Notes under the pieces: model-generated
The model's input: the letters and a program-made list of their open reading frames with translations, nothing else
Told to the model about the DNA's origin: nothing
Database searches by the model: none
Assembly: GCA_039929265.1 (NCBI GenBank)
Contig: JBDSRN010000067.1
Location: forward strand, 1,033 to 65,032
Length of the DNA stretch: 64,000 nt
Source of the DNA: Steroidobacteraceae bacterium
Lineage (GTDB): Bacteria; Pseudomonadota; Gammaproteobacteria; Steroidobacterales; Steroidobacteraceae
Direction: 5' to 3'
Program-made: the position numbers and the translations under genes
Shown: in pieces, positions 50,083 through 63,747 of the stretch
How the letters are laid out: the number at the start of each line of letters is the position of its first letter
How positions within the stretch are numbered: position 1 is the first letter of the stretch

Positions 50083-50867
50083 AGCGCGTCATCGCAGTCG
50101 CCAATCAGAAGGGCGGCGTGGGCAAGACGACCACGGCCGTGAATCTCGCTGCCTCGCTCGCGGCGATGAAGCGTCGTGTGCTGCTGATCGATCTGGATCC
50201 GCAGGGCAACGCGACGATGGGCTGCGGCGTCGAGAAATCCGGCGTGACGCTCGGCTCCTGCGAAGTGCTGCTGGGCGAGTGTGTCGCGCAGGATGCCATC
50301 CTCCGCCTCGACGCGATCGGCTTCAGCCTGATGCCCGCCAACCAGGACCTCACCTCCGCCGAAGTGCGCCTGCTCGCCTCCGAAGGCGCACGCGATATGC
50401 GCCTGCGCGAGGCGCTCGATCGAGTGCGCGGCGACTACGACGTCATCTTCATCGATGGCCCGCCCGCGCTGAACATGCTCACCGTCAATGCGCTGGTCGC
50501 CGCCGACAGCGTCCTGATCCCGATGCAGTGCGAGTACTACGCGCTCGAGGGCCTGTCCGCGTTGCTCAACACCGTCGAGCAGATCCGCGCAACCGCGAAT
50601 CCGGCCCTCGCGCTCGAAGGCATCCTGCGCACGATGTTCGATCCGCGTAACAACCTGTCGAACGAAGTGAGCGCACAGCTGCTCACGCACTTCGGCGATT
50701 CGGTGTTCCGCACGGTGATCCCGCGCAACGTGCGCCTCGCCGAGGCCCCGTCATTCGGCAAGCCCGTGCTGATGCACGACAAGGATTCGCGCGGCGCGCT
50801 CGCGTATCTCGCGCTCGCCGGCGAGATGACCCGCCGCGAAGAAGAAGCGGCGCAGGAGCAACCATGA
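50079..50867 (+). CDS. parA: chromosome partitioning ATPase ParA (Soj)
   Basis: [24 protein letters not shown] (deviant Walker A). ATGA overlap with rsmG. Confidence 0.9.
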   Translation: MKRVIAVANQKGGVGKTTTAVNLAASLAAMKRRVLLIDLDPQGNATMGCGVEKSGVTLGSCEVLLGECVAQDAILRLDAIGFSLMPANQDLTSAEVRLLASEGARDMRLREALDRVRGDYDVIFIDGPPALNMLTVNALVAADSVLIPMQCEYYALEGLSALLNTVEQIRATANPALALEGILRTMFDPRNNLSNEVSAQLLTHFGDSVFRTVIPRNVRLAEAPSFGKPVLMHDKDSRGALAYLALAGEMTRREEEAAQEQP

Positions 50868-51769
50868 CACAACAGAAAAAACCCATCCTCGGCCGCGGCC
50901 TCGCCGATCTGCTGGGCCAGGCCGCCCCGCGCCAGGGTGCCGCCCAGCCCTTGCCCACCGCGCCGAAAGACGAGGAGCTGGCGCGCCTGCCGCTGGATCT
51001 CCTGAGCCGCGGTCGCTACCAGCCGCGCGTCGACATGCGCCCCGAGTCGCTGCAAGAACTCGCGAACTCGATCAAGGCGCAAGGAGTGATCCAGCCCATC
51101 GTCGTGCGCCCGCTCGAGCAGCTGCCCGGCGAGTCGCTGCGCTACGAGATCATCGCCGGCGAACGCCGCTGGCGCGCCGCGCAGATCGCCGGTCTGAAGG
51201 ACATTCCCGCGGTCATCCGTCGCGTGCGCGACGAAGCGGCCATCGCGATGGCGCTCATCGAGAACATCCAGCGCGAGGACCTGAATCCGCTGGAAGAGGC
51301 TCGCGCCCTGGAGCGCCTGATCGCCGAATTCGGCGTGACCCATCAGCAGGCGGCCGATGCCGTGGGCCGTTCGCGCGCCGCGGTCAGCAATCTGCTGCGA
51401 CTGCTTGAGCTCGCCGACGAGGTAGGTGACCTGGTCGAAAAGCGCTCGATCGAGATGGGGCATGCGCGCGCGCTCCTCGGGCTCACGAATCGCCGCCAGC
51501 AGGTGGAAGTGGCCTCACTGGTGGCGCGCAACGGTTTGTCGGTGCGCGAAACCGAGGCATTGGTGCGACGCATGACGGCCCCGGCGGGCAAACCGCCGCG
51601 CGAGTCCGATGACGGGCTCAATCCGAACGTGCGCCGGCTGCAGGATGAGCTGGCCGACAAGCTCGGCGCCAAGGTACTGATCCAGCAAGGCACGGGCGGC
51701 AAAGGGAAGCTGGTCGTGAGTTACAACAGCCTTGACGAACTTGATGGAATCCTCGCGCATATTCAGTAG
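50864..51769 (+). CDS. parB: chromosome partitioning protein ParB (Spo0J)
   Basis: …QPRVDM…IQPIVVRP…[13 protein letters not shown]…[14 protein letters not shown]…HTH…. ATGA overlap with parA. Confidence 0.9.
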   Translation: MTQQKKPILGRGLADLLGQAAPRQGAAQPLPTAPKDEELARLPLDLLSRGRYQPRVDMRPESLQELANSIKAQGVIQPIVVRPLEQLPGESLRYEIIAGERRWRAAQIAGLKDIPAVIRRVRDEAAIAMALIENIQREDLNPLEEARALERLIAEFGVTHQQAADAVGRSRAAVSNLLRLLELADEVGDLVEKRSIEMGHARALLGLTNRRQQVEVASLVARNGLSVRETEALVRRMTAPAGKPPRESDDGLNPNVRRLQDELADKLGAKVLIQQGTGGKGKLVVSYNSLDELDGILAHIQ

Positions 51770-51832
51770 CTTGCGTCCGCGCCGCGCCTTGAACTGAAAT
51801 AATCTTCCCCCTATACTTCCGCGGCTAATGCG

Positions 51833-51869
51833 AGCCACTTCCCCTCGAGTAGAGAAGTGGCTTTTTATT
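51833..51869 (+). terminator. rho-independent terminator after parB
   Basis: AGCCACTTC-N12-GAAGTGGCT stem followed by TTTTTATT. Confidence 0.65.
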
Positions 51870-51871
51870 GA

Positions 51872-53137
<1,266 letters not shown>

Positions 53138-53156
53138 TTTGGCTTTTTCCGTTTAA

Positions 53157-53462
<306 letters not shown>

Positions 53463-53490
53463 TCTCATCCGGCACCGCGAGGGCTAGCGC

Positions 53491-53961
53491 GTGAATATCA
53501 ATCTCACACTTGTCGTCCAGATGATCGTGTTCGCACTGCTCACCTGGTTCACGATGAAGTTCGTGTGGCCGATCATTCTCGGTGCCATGGAAGAGCGGTC
53601 GAAGAAGATCGCTGCGGGTCTTGCTGCAGCCGAGAAGGGCCAGCAGGATTTCGCCCAGGCGCATGCCAAGGCCGACGTCGCGATCAAGGAAGCGCGTGAT
53701 CGCGCCAACGAGATCGTCGATCAGGCCAACCGCCGCGCAAACGAGATGATCGAGGCGGCGAAGGTGCAGGCGGTGAAGGAAGGCGAGCGGCTCCTGGCTT
53801 CGGCCAAGGGCCAGATCGACCTCGCCACCACCAAGGCACGCGAAGAGCTGCGCAAGGAAGTCGCGCGACTCACCGTCGCCTCGGCCTCCAAGGTGCTGGG
53901 TCGCGAGATCGATGCGAACGCGCACGCGGACATCATCGGCAAGCTGGCTTCGGATATCTGA
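53491..53961 (+). CDS. atpF: F0F1 ATP synthase subunit b
   Basis: N-terminal TM helix followed by a long charged helix. GTG start. Confidence 0.9.
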   Translation: MNINLTLVVQMIVFALLTWFTMKFVWPIILGAMEERSKKIAAGLAAAEKGQQDFAQAHAKADVAIKEARDRANEIVDQANRRANEMIEAAKVQAVKEGERLLASAKGQIDLATTKAREELRKEVARLTVASASKVLGREIDANAHADIIGKLASDI

Positions 53962-54497
53962 TGGCAGACCGGATCACAATCGCGCGACCGTATGCCAAGG
54001 CGGCATTCGCTGCGGCGAAGGTGGCCGGGCGTCTGGGCGAATGGTCGGCAGCGCTCGAGCGTGCGGCGATTGCCGTGGGCGATGCGCGGGTCAGCGGGCT
54101 CATCGGCTCGCCCAAGGTCACGCCAACTCAGCTCGCCGATCTGCTCATCGAGCTGTCGGGCGCAAGCATTGATGATTCCGGTCGCAATTTCATCAGGACG
54201 CTGGCGGACAACCGCCGTCTCGGACACCTCCCCGAGATCGCGCTGTTGTTCGGCAGGTTGAAGGATGAAGCCGAAGGCACTGTCGATGTCACTGTCACCT
54301 CCGCTGCGCCGCTGGCGCAGGCGGAGCAGGACAAGCTCGCCGATGCGCTCGCGAAGCGCTTCGGCCGCAAGGTGCGCGTGCACGCAAACGTCGATGCGCA
54401 GCTCATGGGAGGCGCAGTGGTGCGCGCCGGTGATCTGGTCATCGACGGCTCAGTCAAATCGAGACTCGAACGCCTGGCGTACGAGCTGACCGCTTAA
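53961..54497 (+). CDS. atpH: F0F1 ATP synthase subunit delta
   Basis: …[10 protein letters not shown]… is the OSCP-type N-terminus. The protein is 178 aa. Confidence 0.9.
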   Translation: MADRITIARPYAKAAFAAAKVAGRLGEWSAALERAAIAVGDARVSGLIGSPKVTPTQLADLLIELSGASIDDSGRNFIRTLADNRRLGHLPEIALLFGRLKDEAEGTVDVTVTSAAPLAQAEQDKLADALAKRFGRKVRVHANVDAQLMGGAVVRAGDLVIDGSVKSRLERLAYELTA

Positions 54498-54517
54498 AGT
54501 TTTACGAGGACGAGAAC

Positions 54518-56056
54518 ATGTCCATCAAGGCATCGGAAATCAGCGATCTCATCGGCCAGCGAATTGCAAAATTCGAAGGGGCTACCGAGGCGCGCAACGT
54601 CGGCACGGTCGTGTCGGTCATGGATGGCATCTGCCGCATCCATGGCCTGGCCGATGCGCGCTACGGCGAAATGCTCGAGTTCAACGGCAACCTGTTCGGT
54701 CTCGCGCTGAATCTGGAGCAGGACTCGGTCGGTTGCGTGGTGCTCGGCGACTACAAGGGCATTTCCGAAGGCGACACGGTGAAGACCACCGGCCGCATCC
54801 TCGAAGTGCCTGTGGGCCCTGAGCTGCTCGGCCGCGTGGTCGATGCGCTGGGTAACCCGATCGACGGCAAGGGCCCGATCAACGCGAAGCTCACGGCGCC
54901 GATCGAGCGCGTCGCCCCTGGCGTGATCTATCGCAAGAGCGTTTCGCAGCCGGTGCAGACGGGCTACAAGGCCGTCGACTCGATGGTGCCGATTGGTCGC
55001 GGCCAGCGCGAGCTGATCATCGGCGATCGCCAGACTGGCAAGACCGCGATGGCCATCGACGCGATCATCAACCAGAAGTCCTCCGGCATTAAGTGCGTGT
55101 ACGTCGCCATCGGTCAGAAGCAGTCGACGATTGCCAACGTGGTGCGCAAGCTCGAAGAGCACGATGCGCTGAAGCACACGATCGTCGTTGCGGCTTCCGC
55201 CTCCACTCCCGCAGCGCTGCAGTACATCAGCGCGTACTCCGGCGTGACGATGGGCGAGTACTTCATGGACAACGGCATGGACGCGTTGATCGTGTACGAC
55301 GATCTGTCCAAACAGGCCGTTGCCTATCGCCAGATTTCGTTGCTGTTGCGCCGCCCGCCGGGTCGCGAGGCGTATCCCGGCGACGTGTTCTATCTCCACA
55401 GCCGTCTGCTCGAGCGCAGCGCGCGCGTGAACGAAGAGTACGTCGAGATGGTGACCAAGGGTGCCGTCAAAGGCAAGACGGGGTCGCTCACGGGTCTGCC
55501 GATCATCGAGACGCAGGCCGGTGATGTGACCGCGTTCGTTCCGACGAATGTCATCTCGATCACCGACGGCCAGATCTTCGTGGAATCGGATCTGTTCAAC
55601 GCCGGCATCCGTCCCGCGATGAACGCCGGCATCTCGGTATCGCGTGTCGGTGGCGCCGCACAGACCGACATCATCAAGCGTCTGGGCGGCGGCATTCGTC
55701 TGGCCCTCGCGCAGTATCGTGAGCTCGCCGCATTCTCGCAGTTCGCTTCGGACCTCGACGAGTCGACCCGCAAGCAGCTGGAGCGAGGCCAGCGCACCAC
55801 CGAGCTGATGAAGCAGAAGCAGTTCGCGCCGATGTCTGTTGCGGAAATGGCGCTGTCGATTTACGCGGTGAACAGCGGTTATCTCGACAAGGTCGAGCTC
55901 ACGAAGGTCGTCGCGTGGGAAGCCGGCATGCAGGCGTTCGCGAAATCCAAATACAAGGCCGATATCGATGCGATCAACGCGGAGCCCGTGCTGAAAAAGT
56001 TCGAGGCGACGCTGAAGAAGATCATCGAAGACTTCGGCGCGACGGGCAGCTACTAA
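54518..56056 (+). CDS. atpA: F0F1 ATP synthase subunit alpha
   Basis: GDRQTGKT Walker A and alpha-subunit sequence throughout. Confidence 0.97.
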   Translation: MSIKASEISDLIGQRIAKFEGATEARNVGTVVSVMDGICRIHGLADARYGEMLEFNGNLFGLALNLEQDSVGCVVLGDYKGISEGDTVKTTGRILEVPVGPELLGRVVDALGNPIDGKGPINAKLTAPIERVAPGVIYRKSVSQPVQTGYKAVDSMVPIGRGQRELIIGDRQTGKTAMAIDAIINQKSSGIKCVYVAIGQKQSTIANVVRKLEEHDALKHTIVVAASASTPAALQYISAYSGVTMGEYFMDNGMDALIVYDDLSKQAVAYRQISLLLRRPPGREAYPGDVFYLHSRLLERSARVNEEYVEMVTKGAVKGKTGSLTGLPIIETQAGDVTAFVPTNVISITDGQIFVESDLFNAGIRPAMNAGISVSRVGGAAQTDIIKRLGGGIRLALAQYRELAAFSQFASDLDESTRKQLERGQRTTELMKQKQFAPMSVAEMALSIYAVNSGYLDKVELTKVVAWEAGMQAFAKSKYKADIDAINAEPVLKKFEATLKKIIEDFGATGSY

Positions 56057-56124
56057 GCTCAAGAGCTCGCATAAATGGTCACAGTTGCCAGCGTCGACAT
56101 GAACACCAGGATCACCAGCTAGTC

Positions 56125-58429
<2,305 letters not shown>

Positions 58430-58438
58430 GGGCGGAAC

Positions 58439-58870
58439 ATGGCCGAAACCAGGCACACCATTCACGTCGACATCGTCAGCGCCGAGGGCGAGATCTTCTC
58501 CGGCGAGGCGACGATGGTGTTCGTGCCGGCGAAAGAGGGTGAACTCGGGATCGCGCCGCGCCACGCTCCGCTGCTGTCCCTGGTGAAGGCCGGTGAAGTG
58601 CGCGTGCGGACGGTCGAAGGCGAAGAGTTGTCGTTCTACGTGGGCGGCGGGGCGCTGGAAGTGCAGCCGAAGAAAGTGACGATCCTCGCGGATACCGCAG
58701 CGCGCGCGAGGGATCTGGACGAGGCATCGGCAATGGCCGCCAAGCAGCGCGCCGAGGAAATGCTCAGGGGCAATATCGACAAGATGCAGCAGGCCGAAGC
58801 GCTGGCCGAGCTGTCACGCGTTGCTGCGCAGTTGAGGATGCTCGAGCGGCTGCGCAAGGGTCGCGGCTGA
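58439..58870 (+). CDS. atpC: F0F1 ATP synthase subunit epsilon
   Basis: …HVDIVSAEGEIFSG…GELGIAPRHAPLL…. Confidence 0.9.
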   Translation: MAETRHTIHVDIVSAEGEIFSGEATMVFVPAKEGELGIAPRHAPLLSLVKAGEVRVRTVEGEELSFYVGGGALEVQPKKVTILADTAARARDLDEASAMAAKQRAEEMLRGNIDKMQQAEALAELSRVAAQLRMLERLRKGRG

Positions 58871-59044
58871 TCAGGTCGGGGGATCTTTCACGCGGGTGCG
58901 GGACACCGCCATCATGACGCCGATCCCTGCGACCACCAGGCACGTGATGAGAATGTACGGGGACGAAACGCCAGCGATCACCAGTCCCCACGCAATGCCA
59001 CCAATGAGCAGTGCGAGACCAACGAGATACAATGCGAATGACAT
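58871..59044 (-). CDS. small two-TM hypothetical membrane protein
   Basis: MSFALYLVGLALLIGGIAWGLVIAGVSSPYILITCLVVAGIGVMMAV…. GGAG lies 8 nt upstream of ATG 59044. The stop abuts the atpC stop with zero spacer. Confidence 0.35.
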   Translation of the reverse strand: MSFALYLVGLALLIGGIAWGLVIAGVSSPYILITCLVVAGIGVMMAVSRTRVKDPPT

Positions 59045-59239
59045 GGCGAATTCTCCAGTTCCCTGTGTCTGTTTCACTGCAACTATAACAACCCGTCAGC
59101 GGTCCAGGATCAGCCGTACACCCGGCACGACGTAGGCCGACTCCGATAACCGGACTGAGCCTGGAGTAGCACAGCGATTCGACTGGCTCGTCACATCGCG
59201 CAGCACGATGCTTCGCGCATCTGCTGACGACGTGGTCGA

Positions 59240-60466
59240 CTAGGCGGCTGAGTAAACCGCGTAGCGGTTTCTGCCAGAAGCCTTCGCTTCGTAGAGCGCA
59301 TGGTCTGCACGGTGATACAGCAGATCGAATCCCCCCTCGGTGGCACGCGCCACTCCCACGCCCACCGTGACTTCGAACGGTGACGAGCTGCCGCGACTTT
59401 CCTCACGCACGGCGCCAAGCAGTTGCGCGGCGATCCGTTCCGCAGCATCGATCTCGCAGTCCGGCAGGAACACGAGAAACTCGTCGCCGCCGAGCCGTGC
59501 GGTCACATCGCCATCGCGCAGGCCGCTGCGCAATACGCCCGCAAGGCGCCGGATCACGGCATCGCCCTCTGCGTGGCCACGCGTATCGTTGATGGTCTTG
59601 AACAGATCGATGTCGACGAGCAGGCAAGCGTGCGTCCGAGTGTCCGCGTCCGATGTGCTGTTGGAAACGGCGGCGAGGATCGCTGCATTGGCGCCGCGCC
59701 GATTGAGCAGGCCCGTGAGCGAATCCCGCATCGCTGACTCGTAGTGCAGCAGGAGTTCCGCCTGTTGGTTGGCATGATGGCGCGCGTACACCACGCCCAG
59801 CACCAGTGACAGCAGCAGCGCACCCGCGATGCTCGCGGCTTCGATGTGACGGAACCGGCTTTCTTCCGCGATTTCATAATCAGTCGTGAAGTCGACTCCC
59901 ACGAACCCCGCGACCTTGCCATTGCTGTCGAGTATCGGTGCATGCCCGGTCATGAAGCTGCCGTAGTCATCCATCTGGAACTGTGGGTTGACGAACGTCC
60001 GACCCTCGGCAAGCTCGTCCAGCCAGTTGCTCGCGTATTCCTGACGCAAGGTGAATGGCTCGAGATACTGCGAGGGGCGTAACGCGCGTTCGCTTGCAAA
60101 GGCGGAATCCTGGGCGGTATCCAGCACGAAGAACGGCTGACTATCGCGAACGCCCATCGTGTACAGATACTTCGCAGCCGGCCAGGCGCGGTGCAGCTTG
60201 AGCAGCGGCGCTAGCGCCGCTGCGCGCAGCTCAGGAGGCGCGGGCGGCTCCTCCACGAGACGGCGGTGCAGATCGCCATCGATGACGGAGGCTGCGAGGC
60301 GCGACACCTCCCCGACGCGTTCGCGCATTACTTCGAGCCTTGCGCTTCGGGACAAGGTCTGCGGAATGACGACGATGGCCAGCATCACGATGGCTATCAG
60401 GGCCGTGCTGCCCAGAACGATGCGGTAATTCATGCGGACGCGAGCATAACCCGCGAGACGCTTCAT
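59240..60466 (-). CDS. diguanylate cyclase with N-terminal TM-flanked periplasmic sensor domain
   Basis: Intact GGDEF (RLGGDEFLVF) with an RxxD I-site (RDGD) 5 residues upstream. TM helices flank a ~180-aa periplasmic domain. Confidence 0.8.
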   Translation of the reverse strand: MKRLAGYARVRMNYRIVLGSTALIAIVMLAIVVIPQTLSRSARLEVMRERVGEVSRLAASVIDGDLHRRLVEEPPAPPELRAAALAPLLKLHRAWPAAKYLYTMGVRDSQPFFVLDTAQDSAFASERALRPSQYLEPFTLRQEYASNWLDELAEGRTFVNPQFQMDDYGSFMTGHAPILDSNGKVAGFVGVDFTTDYEIAEESRFRHIEAASIAGALLLSLVLGVVYARHHANQQAELLLHYESAMRDSLTGLLNRRGANAAILAAVSNSTSDADTRTHACLLVDIDLFKTINDTRGHAEGDAVIRRLAGVLRSGLRDGDVTARLGGDEFLVFLPDCEIDAAERIAAQLLGAVREESRGSSSPFEVTVGVGVARATEGGFDLLYHRADHALYEAKASGRNRYAVYSAA

Positions 60467-60518
60467 GTTGCAGCGGGAATCGCCGCGGTTGCTCGGGACG
60501 AGTGAGGCTTCCGCGACG

Positions 60519-60768
60519 GAACATCACGCAGATGAGGTTGCGAGCAGCAACGTCGTTGCGTAGCCATTCCATCCATCTGCTCAGGATGGTGTTTGCCATG
60601 AAACAGGATGGAGCGGCGCATCCATCGGACATATGGTCTTTCGGTACAGTAACTGTAATGCCGCACGCAGATTGACTCGCACATCTGATCGAGCAGGCGA
60701 GGCTTGTCCGCCACGATGCATGACACCACAGCTTCGTTTGTCGACTGCTCTCGGCATATACTCAGCAA
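60519..60768 (-). pseudogene. N-terminal remnant of an integron-type (IntI-like) tyrosine recombinase, frameshifted and truncated
   Basis: The translation …KPRLLDQMCESICVRHYSYCTERPYVRWMRRSILFHGKHHPEQM… closely follows the IntI N-terminal (SAM-like) pattern as I remember it: LLDQ-RE-IR-RHYS-RTE-AYV-WIRRFI-FHGKRHP--M. Similarity moves to another frame near 60565-60572 (…MEWLRNDVAARNL…), which is tentative, and is then lost. The catalytic domain is absent. Confidence 0.55.
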
Positions 60769-60864
60769 ATAACGGGTCCGCGCAGGGGCAAGCAGCGTTT
60801 ATGACCAGAACCACAAGATACGTCACGTCGTTTGACGGCCTACTTGATAGTTAGAGACGGCGGC

Positions 60865-61206
60865 ATGGAACTGTTTGCGAAAAGCTTCCCGGTGCTTTGT
60901 GATGCCCTTGTGGCAGCATTGCTCAAGGAAGGGCGGGTTGATCTCGCGAATCAGTTCCCATCCGGTGAGGTCGGTCGAGTGACATTCGACGATTCAATTG
61001 GCGCCAGCTATGTCCATATTGGTCCCGGCGATATGCCTCATGGCGAAACGGTTACCTTGAACGGATTGCTGTCGGCTGATGTAGATGTCGATGCGTCGGG
61101 GAAACTCCAGGGTGTAGAGATTCTTTCAGCGCCGGAGCCGCTGAAAGGCGAGCTTCGGCGCCGTGCTGCCGTCTATCAAATCGTTCGAGCGGACGCGGAA
61201 AGATAA
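60865..61206 (+). CDS. hypothetical protein, DUF2283-like C-terminal half (tentative)
   Basis: …RVTFDDSIGASYVHIGPG…DVDASGKLQGVEILSAPE… resembles the DUF2283 pattern (YD.E.DALYI…D.DG…GIEIL.AS). The region is GC-poor. ATG 60865 is preferred over TTG 60832. Confidence 0.4.
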   Translation: MELFAKSFPVLCDALVAALLKEGRVDLANQFPSGEVGRVTFDDSIGASYVHIGPGDMPHGETVTLNGLLSADVDVDASGKLQGVEILSAPEPLKGELRRRAAVYQIVRADAER

Positions 61207-61487
61207 CATACAGAACGAAACGTGGAGCCCGCTGATATTCGCCGGCCTGCTGTGCGCGTTCGCCGGTTTCATCTTGTACGCGCGACGCGGTAAACAGTAA
61301 CTGCGCCTCGCGCTCTACAGTCGATCCGGCGCATTACCATCGCGGATACGGTAGCCTTACACGGCTGATACGACGGAACATGAACATCTCGCCCGTCTTC
61401 GATACCATGGTTGCCGAAGGCTCGCTGCTCGATACCGGGAGCCCGACGCGTGCCGCAAGTTTGATCAAGTTTGCTCGAGGGCATCGC

Positions 61488-62009
61488 ATGACCAACCCGA
61501 AATTTGCAACATGGGCAGTGGCCTGCAGCAGCGCTGCATTGCTGGCGGCGGGGGGTTGCTCGAAGCAACCGATACGAATCGAAGGCTTGAAGCAGGGGCT
61601 CGTGCGTAGCGACAAATCCGGCCAACCCGAGGTCTACGAGCAGACCAGCACGATCAAGCTCTTGCCCAACGGTGAATGTGTCGCGAACACGGTCACGCAG
61701 CAGTGCACGTGGTTCGGTATCGAGTTCGATTACTCCGGCGCAAAAGCGGGTGCATCGCTCGATTGCACGGCGCGATTGAGCGAGCCTTCGCAGGTGGTCA
61801 CTCCTTCCAGGGGCAGCGCGAGACAGGCAACGGCGATTCAGTACAAGATTGCACTCCCAACGGTACACGGGCACGTGCGTCACGCGAGCTATGCCGTGAA
61901 CTCGGCGGATTCCGCGAAGCAGCAGATTGCGGTGTCGTGCACCTACGATGAGAAGCCCGTTTTGTACTATGCGTTCAGTCTTGAACCAGTGAATGCCAAC
62001 GGCGCTTAG
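61488..62009 (+). CDS. putative lipoprotein
   Basis: MTNPKFATWAVACSSAALLAAGGC is a lipobox-like signal. GAGGG lies 7 nt upstream of ATG 61488. I do not recognise the family. Confidence 0.55.
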   Translation: MTNPKFATWAVACSSAALLAAGGCSKQPIRIEGLKQGLVRSDKSGQPEVYEQTSTIKLLPNGECVANTVTQQCTWFGIEFDYSGAKAGASLDCTARLSEPSQVVTPSRGSARQATAIQYKIALPTVHGHVRHASYAVNSADSAKQQIAVSCTYDEKPVLYYAFSLEPVNANGA

Positions 62010-62697
62010 CGTGTTGAGAGATATCCCTGCAGACAATGATGCAGCCGATTCCGAACCGCCCACACACCCCGCGGGAGAGTTCGGCGCGTGGCTCGAGCGC
62101 ATGCTCGATGTTCTGCGCGGAAGCGCTGCGGCAGATGTACCCTGTGGTACCTGCACGGGATGCTGCACATCGTCCTATCACCTGCTGATCCGCCAATCGG
62201 ATCGCGCTGCAGTGGCTGCGCTCGGTGAGCGCTGGTTGCTCGAAGCACCCGGACTGCAGCCGGGTGAGTCACTGCTCGGCTTTCACGCGAACGGACATTG
62301 TCCCGCGCTCGAGCCGACCGGTTGCTCGATTTATGCGCGGCGTCCTGTCACGTGCCGCGACTACGACTGTCGCGTGTTCGCTGCGGCGGACATCGATGCG
62401 GGCGGTGCCGACAAAACCGTGATCAACGCGCGCGTGCGCTCCTGGCGGTTCGAGCACGAGACGGTGCATGCGCTGGAGACTCAGGCGGCGGTTCGTGCCG
62501 CGGCAACTTTCATCCGCAGTCAACGTGAGGCGTTTCCAGGCGGGCGCGCGCCGACGTCACCCACGGGAATCGCCGTGCTCGCGCTGAAAGCGTACGGCGT
62601 TTTTCTCGAGCCGGTCAACGAGCAGCGTTCGTCCGAAGAAATCGCGCGCGCGATGATCGAGGCGAGCCGCCGCTTCGACCTGGTCAGACCGGCGTAG
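61993..62697 (+). CDS. YkgJ-family CxxCxxCC cysteine-cluster (putative Zn/Fe-binding) protein
   Basis: CGTCTGCC motif, then …CPAL…GCSIYARRPVTCRDYDC… as in PF03692-type proteins. Overlaps the lipoprotein gene by 17 nt. Confidence 0.7.
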   Translation: MPTALSVLRDIPADNDAADSEPPTHPAGEFGAWLERMLDVLRGSAAADVPCGTCTGCCTSSYHLLIRQSDRAAVAALGERWLLEAPGLQPGESLLGFHANGHCPALEPTGCSIYARRPVTCRDYDCRVFAAADIDAGGADKTVINARVRSWRFEHETVHALETQAAVRAAATFIRSQREAFPGGRAPTSPTGIAVLALKAYGVFLEPVNEQRSSEEIARAMIEASRRFDLVRPA

Positions 62698-63256
62698 ATT
62701 TCCTGCGCCGCGCGATGAGGCGCAGAACCACGATGCAGAACAGCACCATCAGCGCCACGGCTATCAACGGCGCGAGCAAGGCCAGCACCGGCACGAACAG
62801 CGCGCCGATCAGTTCGAACGTCGCAAGCACCGGATTGGCGATACCACCTGTCAGCACTGTCGACTTGGCTCGCAGCAGCGATGTGATGCCCTGTGCAATG
62901 CCCGCCGCGCCGCCTCCGGCAATCACGGCGATCGGCCATTTCAAGGGGGGTGGTAGATCCACCATCACCGCGGCCGACAGCGCGACCCCGGCCACCAGTG
63001 CTGCGGGCGCTGCGACGGCATCGAGCAGGTTGTCCACCGCAGGGATGCTGTACGCCAGCACTTCGGCAACGGTTGCAACCGCGAGCATCGTGATTGCCGG
63101 CACAGTGGCGAGCCACGCGAATCCGGGGCTCACGTCCAGATAGCCGAGCTTCACCGCGATGCCGGTCACGAGCAGCGGGGCGAACACGCGCAGCCCGACG
63201 GACGCCGCGAGCGCGATCCCGAGTGCGACCGACAATGCTGCTTCAGCACCATTCAT
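62684..63256 (-). CDS. DUF4126 family membrane protein
   Basis: …LGIALAASVGLRVFAPLLVTGIAVKLGYL…AEVLAYSIPAVDNLLDAV… is the typical DUF4126 layout. Its 3' end overlaps the convergent YkgJ-like gene by 14 nt. Confidence 0.75.
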   Translation of the reverse strand: MNGAEAALSVALGIALAASVGLRVFAPLLVTGIAVKLGYLDVSPGFAWLATVPAITMLAVATVAEVLAYSIPAVDNLLDAVAAPAALVAGVALSAAVMVDLPPPLKWPIAVIAGGGAAGIAQGITSLLRAKSTVLTGGIANPVLATFELIGALFVPVLALLAPLIAVALMVLFCIVVLRLIARRRKSTPV

Positions 63257-63747
63257 TGACTACTCCTGTCAGGGTTCGATCATGCGGCGAGCGCGTTGAC
63301 CATTCAATGGCGGCATGCTGTAGTCGCTCGCCGCTGAGCCAACCGGAAAAAACGGGGGAGCCGATGAAGTATGCATCCGTTGTACTGAGTGCCGCGCCTC
63401 TGATTGCGCGGGCAGCGCGAATGCCGCGGAAGTGAAATTCGGTTCGGGCACGTGGCACAGCGTGACGGCTCTCGGCAAGGTCCAGCGCCAGTACGCCGAC
63501 CCGGTCAGCCAGCAGGCCGGCTACTTCGGGACGATCGAGGAGGCAGGTGGCAGAGCGATTGTGTCGCTATGCGTGCGCGTCACCCGATCGCAAGGTCACA
63601 GAAGCCGAGCACTACTTCGCCGATGTGGACTCGGGCAGGGCTGGGGAACGGGGATATTCGAACGCAAGCCGGATGCGAAGCGCGGCGATGGTAGTCCGTT
63701 GCGGTGGCTATGGCTCACGGACATCTCGGCCTGAAAGCAAGTAAGAC

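Noticed and set aside
60850-60856. GTTAGAG as a possible attI/attC core site next to the integrase remnant.
   Set aside because: It fails the GTTRRRY consensus at the last base, has no paired RYYYAAC inverse core, and no attC-like imperfect palindromes were found at the other ORF boundaries.
61456-61478. Tandem CAAGTTTG…CAAGTTTG direct repeat just upstream of the lipoprotein start.
   Set aside because: There are only two 8-nt copies, it lies within a possible longer reading frame (track ORF from 61380), and nothing independent supports it as an operator.
63364-63744. Small ORFs between the DUF4126 gene and the terminal membrane-protein gene: a 23-aa MKYASVVLSAAPLIARAARMPRK with a GGGGGAG RBS, a 100-aa ORF at 63432-63734, and a 65-aa ORF at 63547-63744 preceded by GAGGAGG.
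   Set aside because: The frames are mutually overlapping, no family is recognisable, the RBS spacing for the 65-aa ORF is only 3 nt, and composition alone cannot discriminate among them. They are left unannotated pending homology or expression data.
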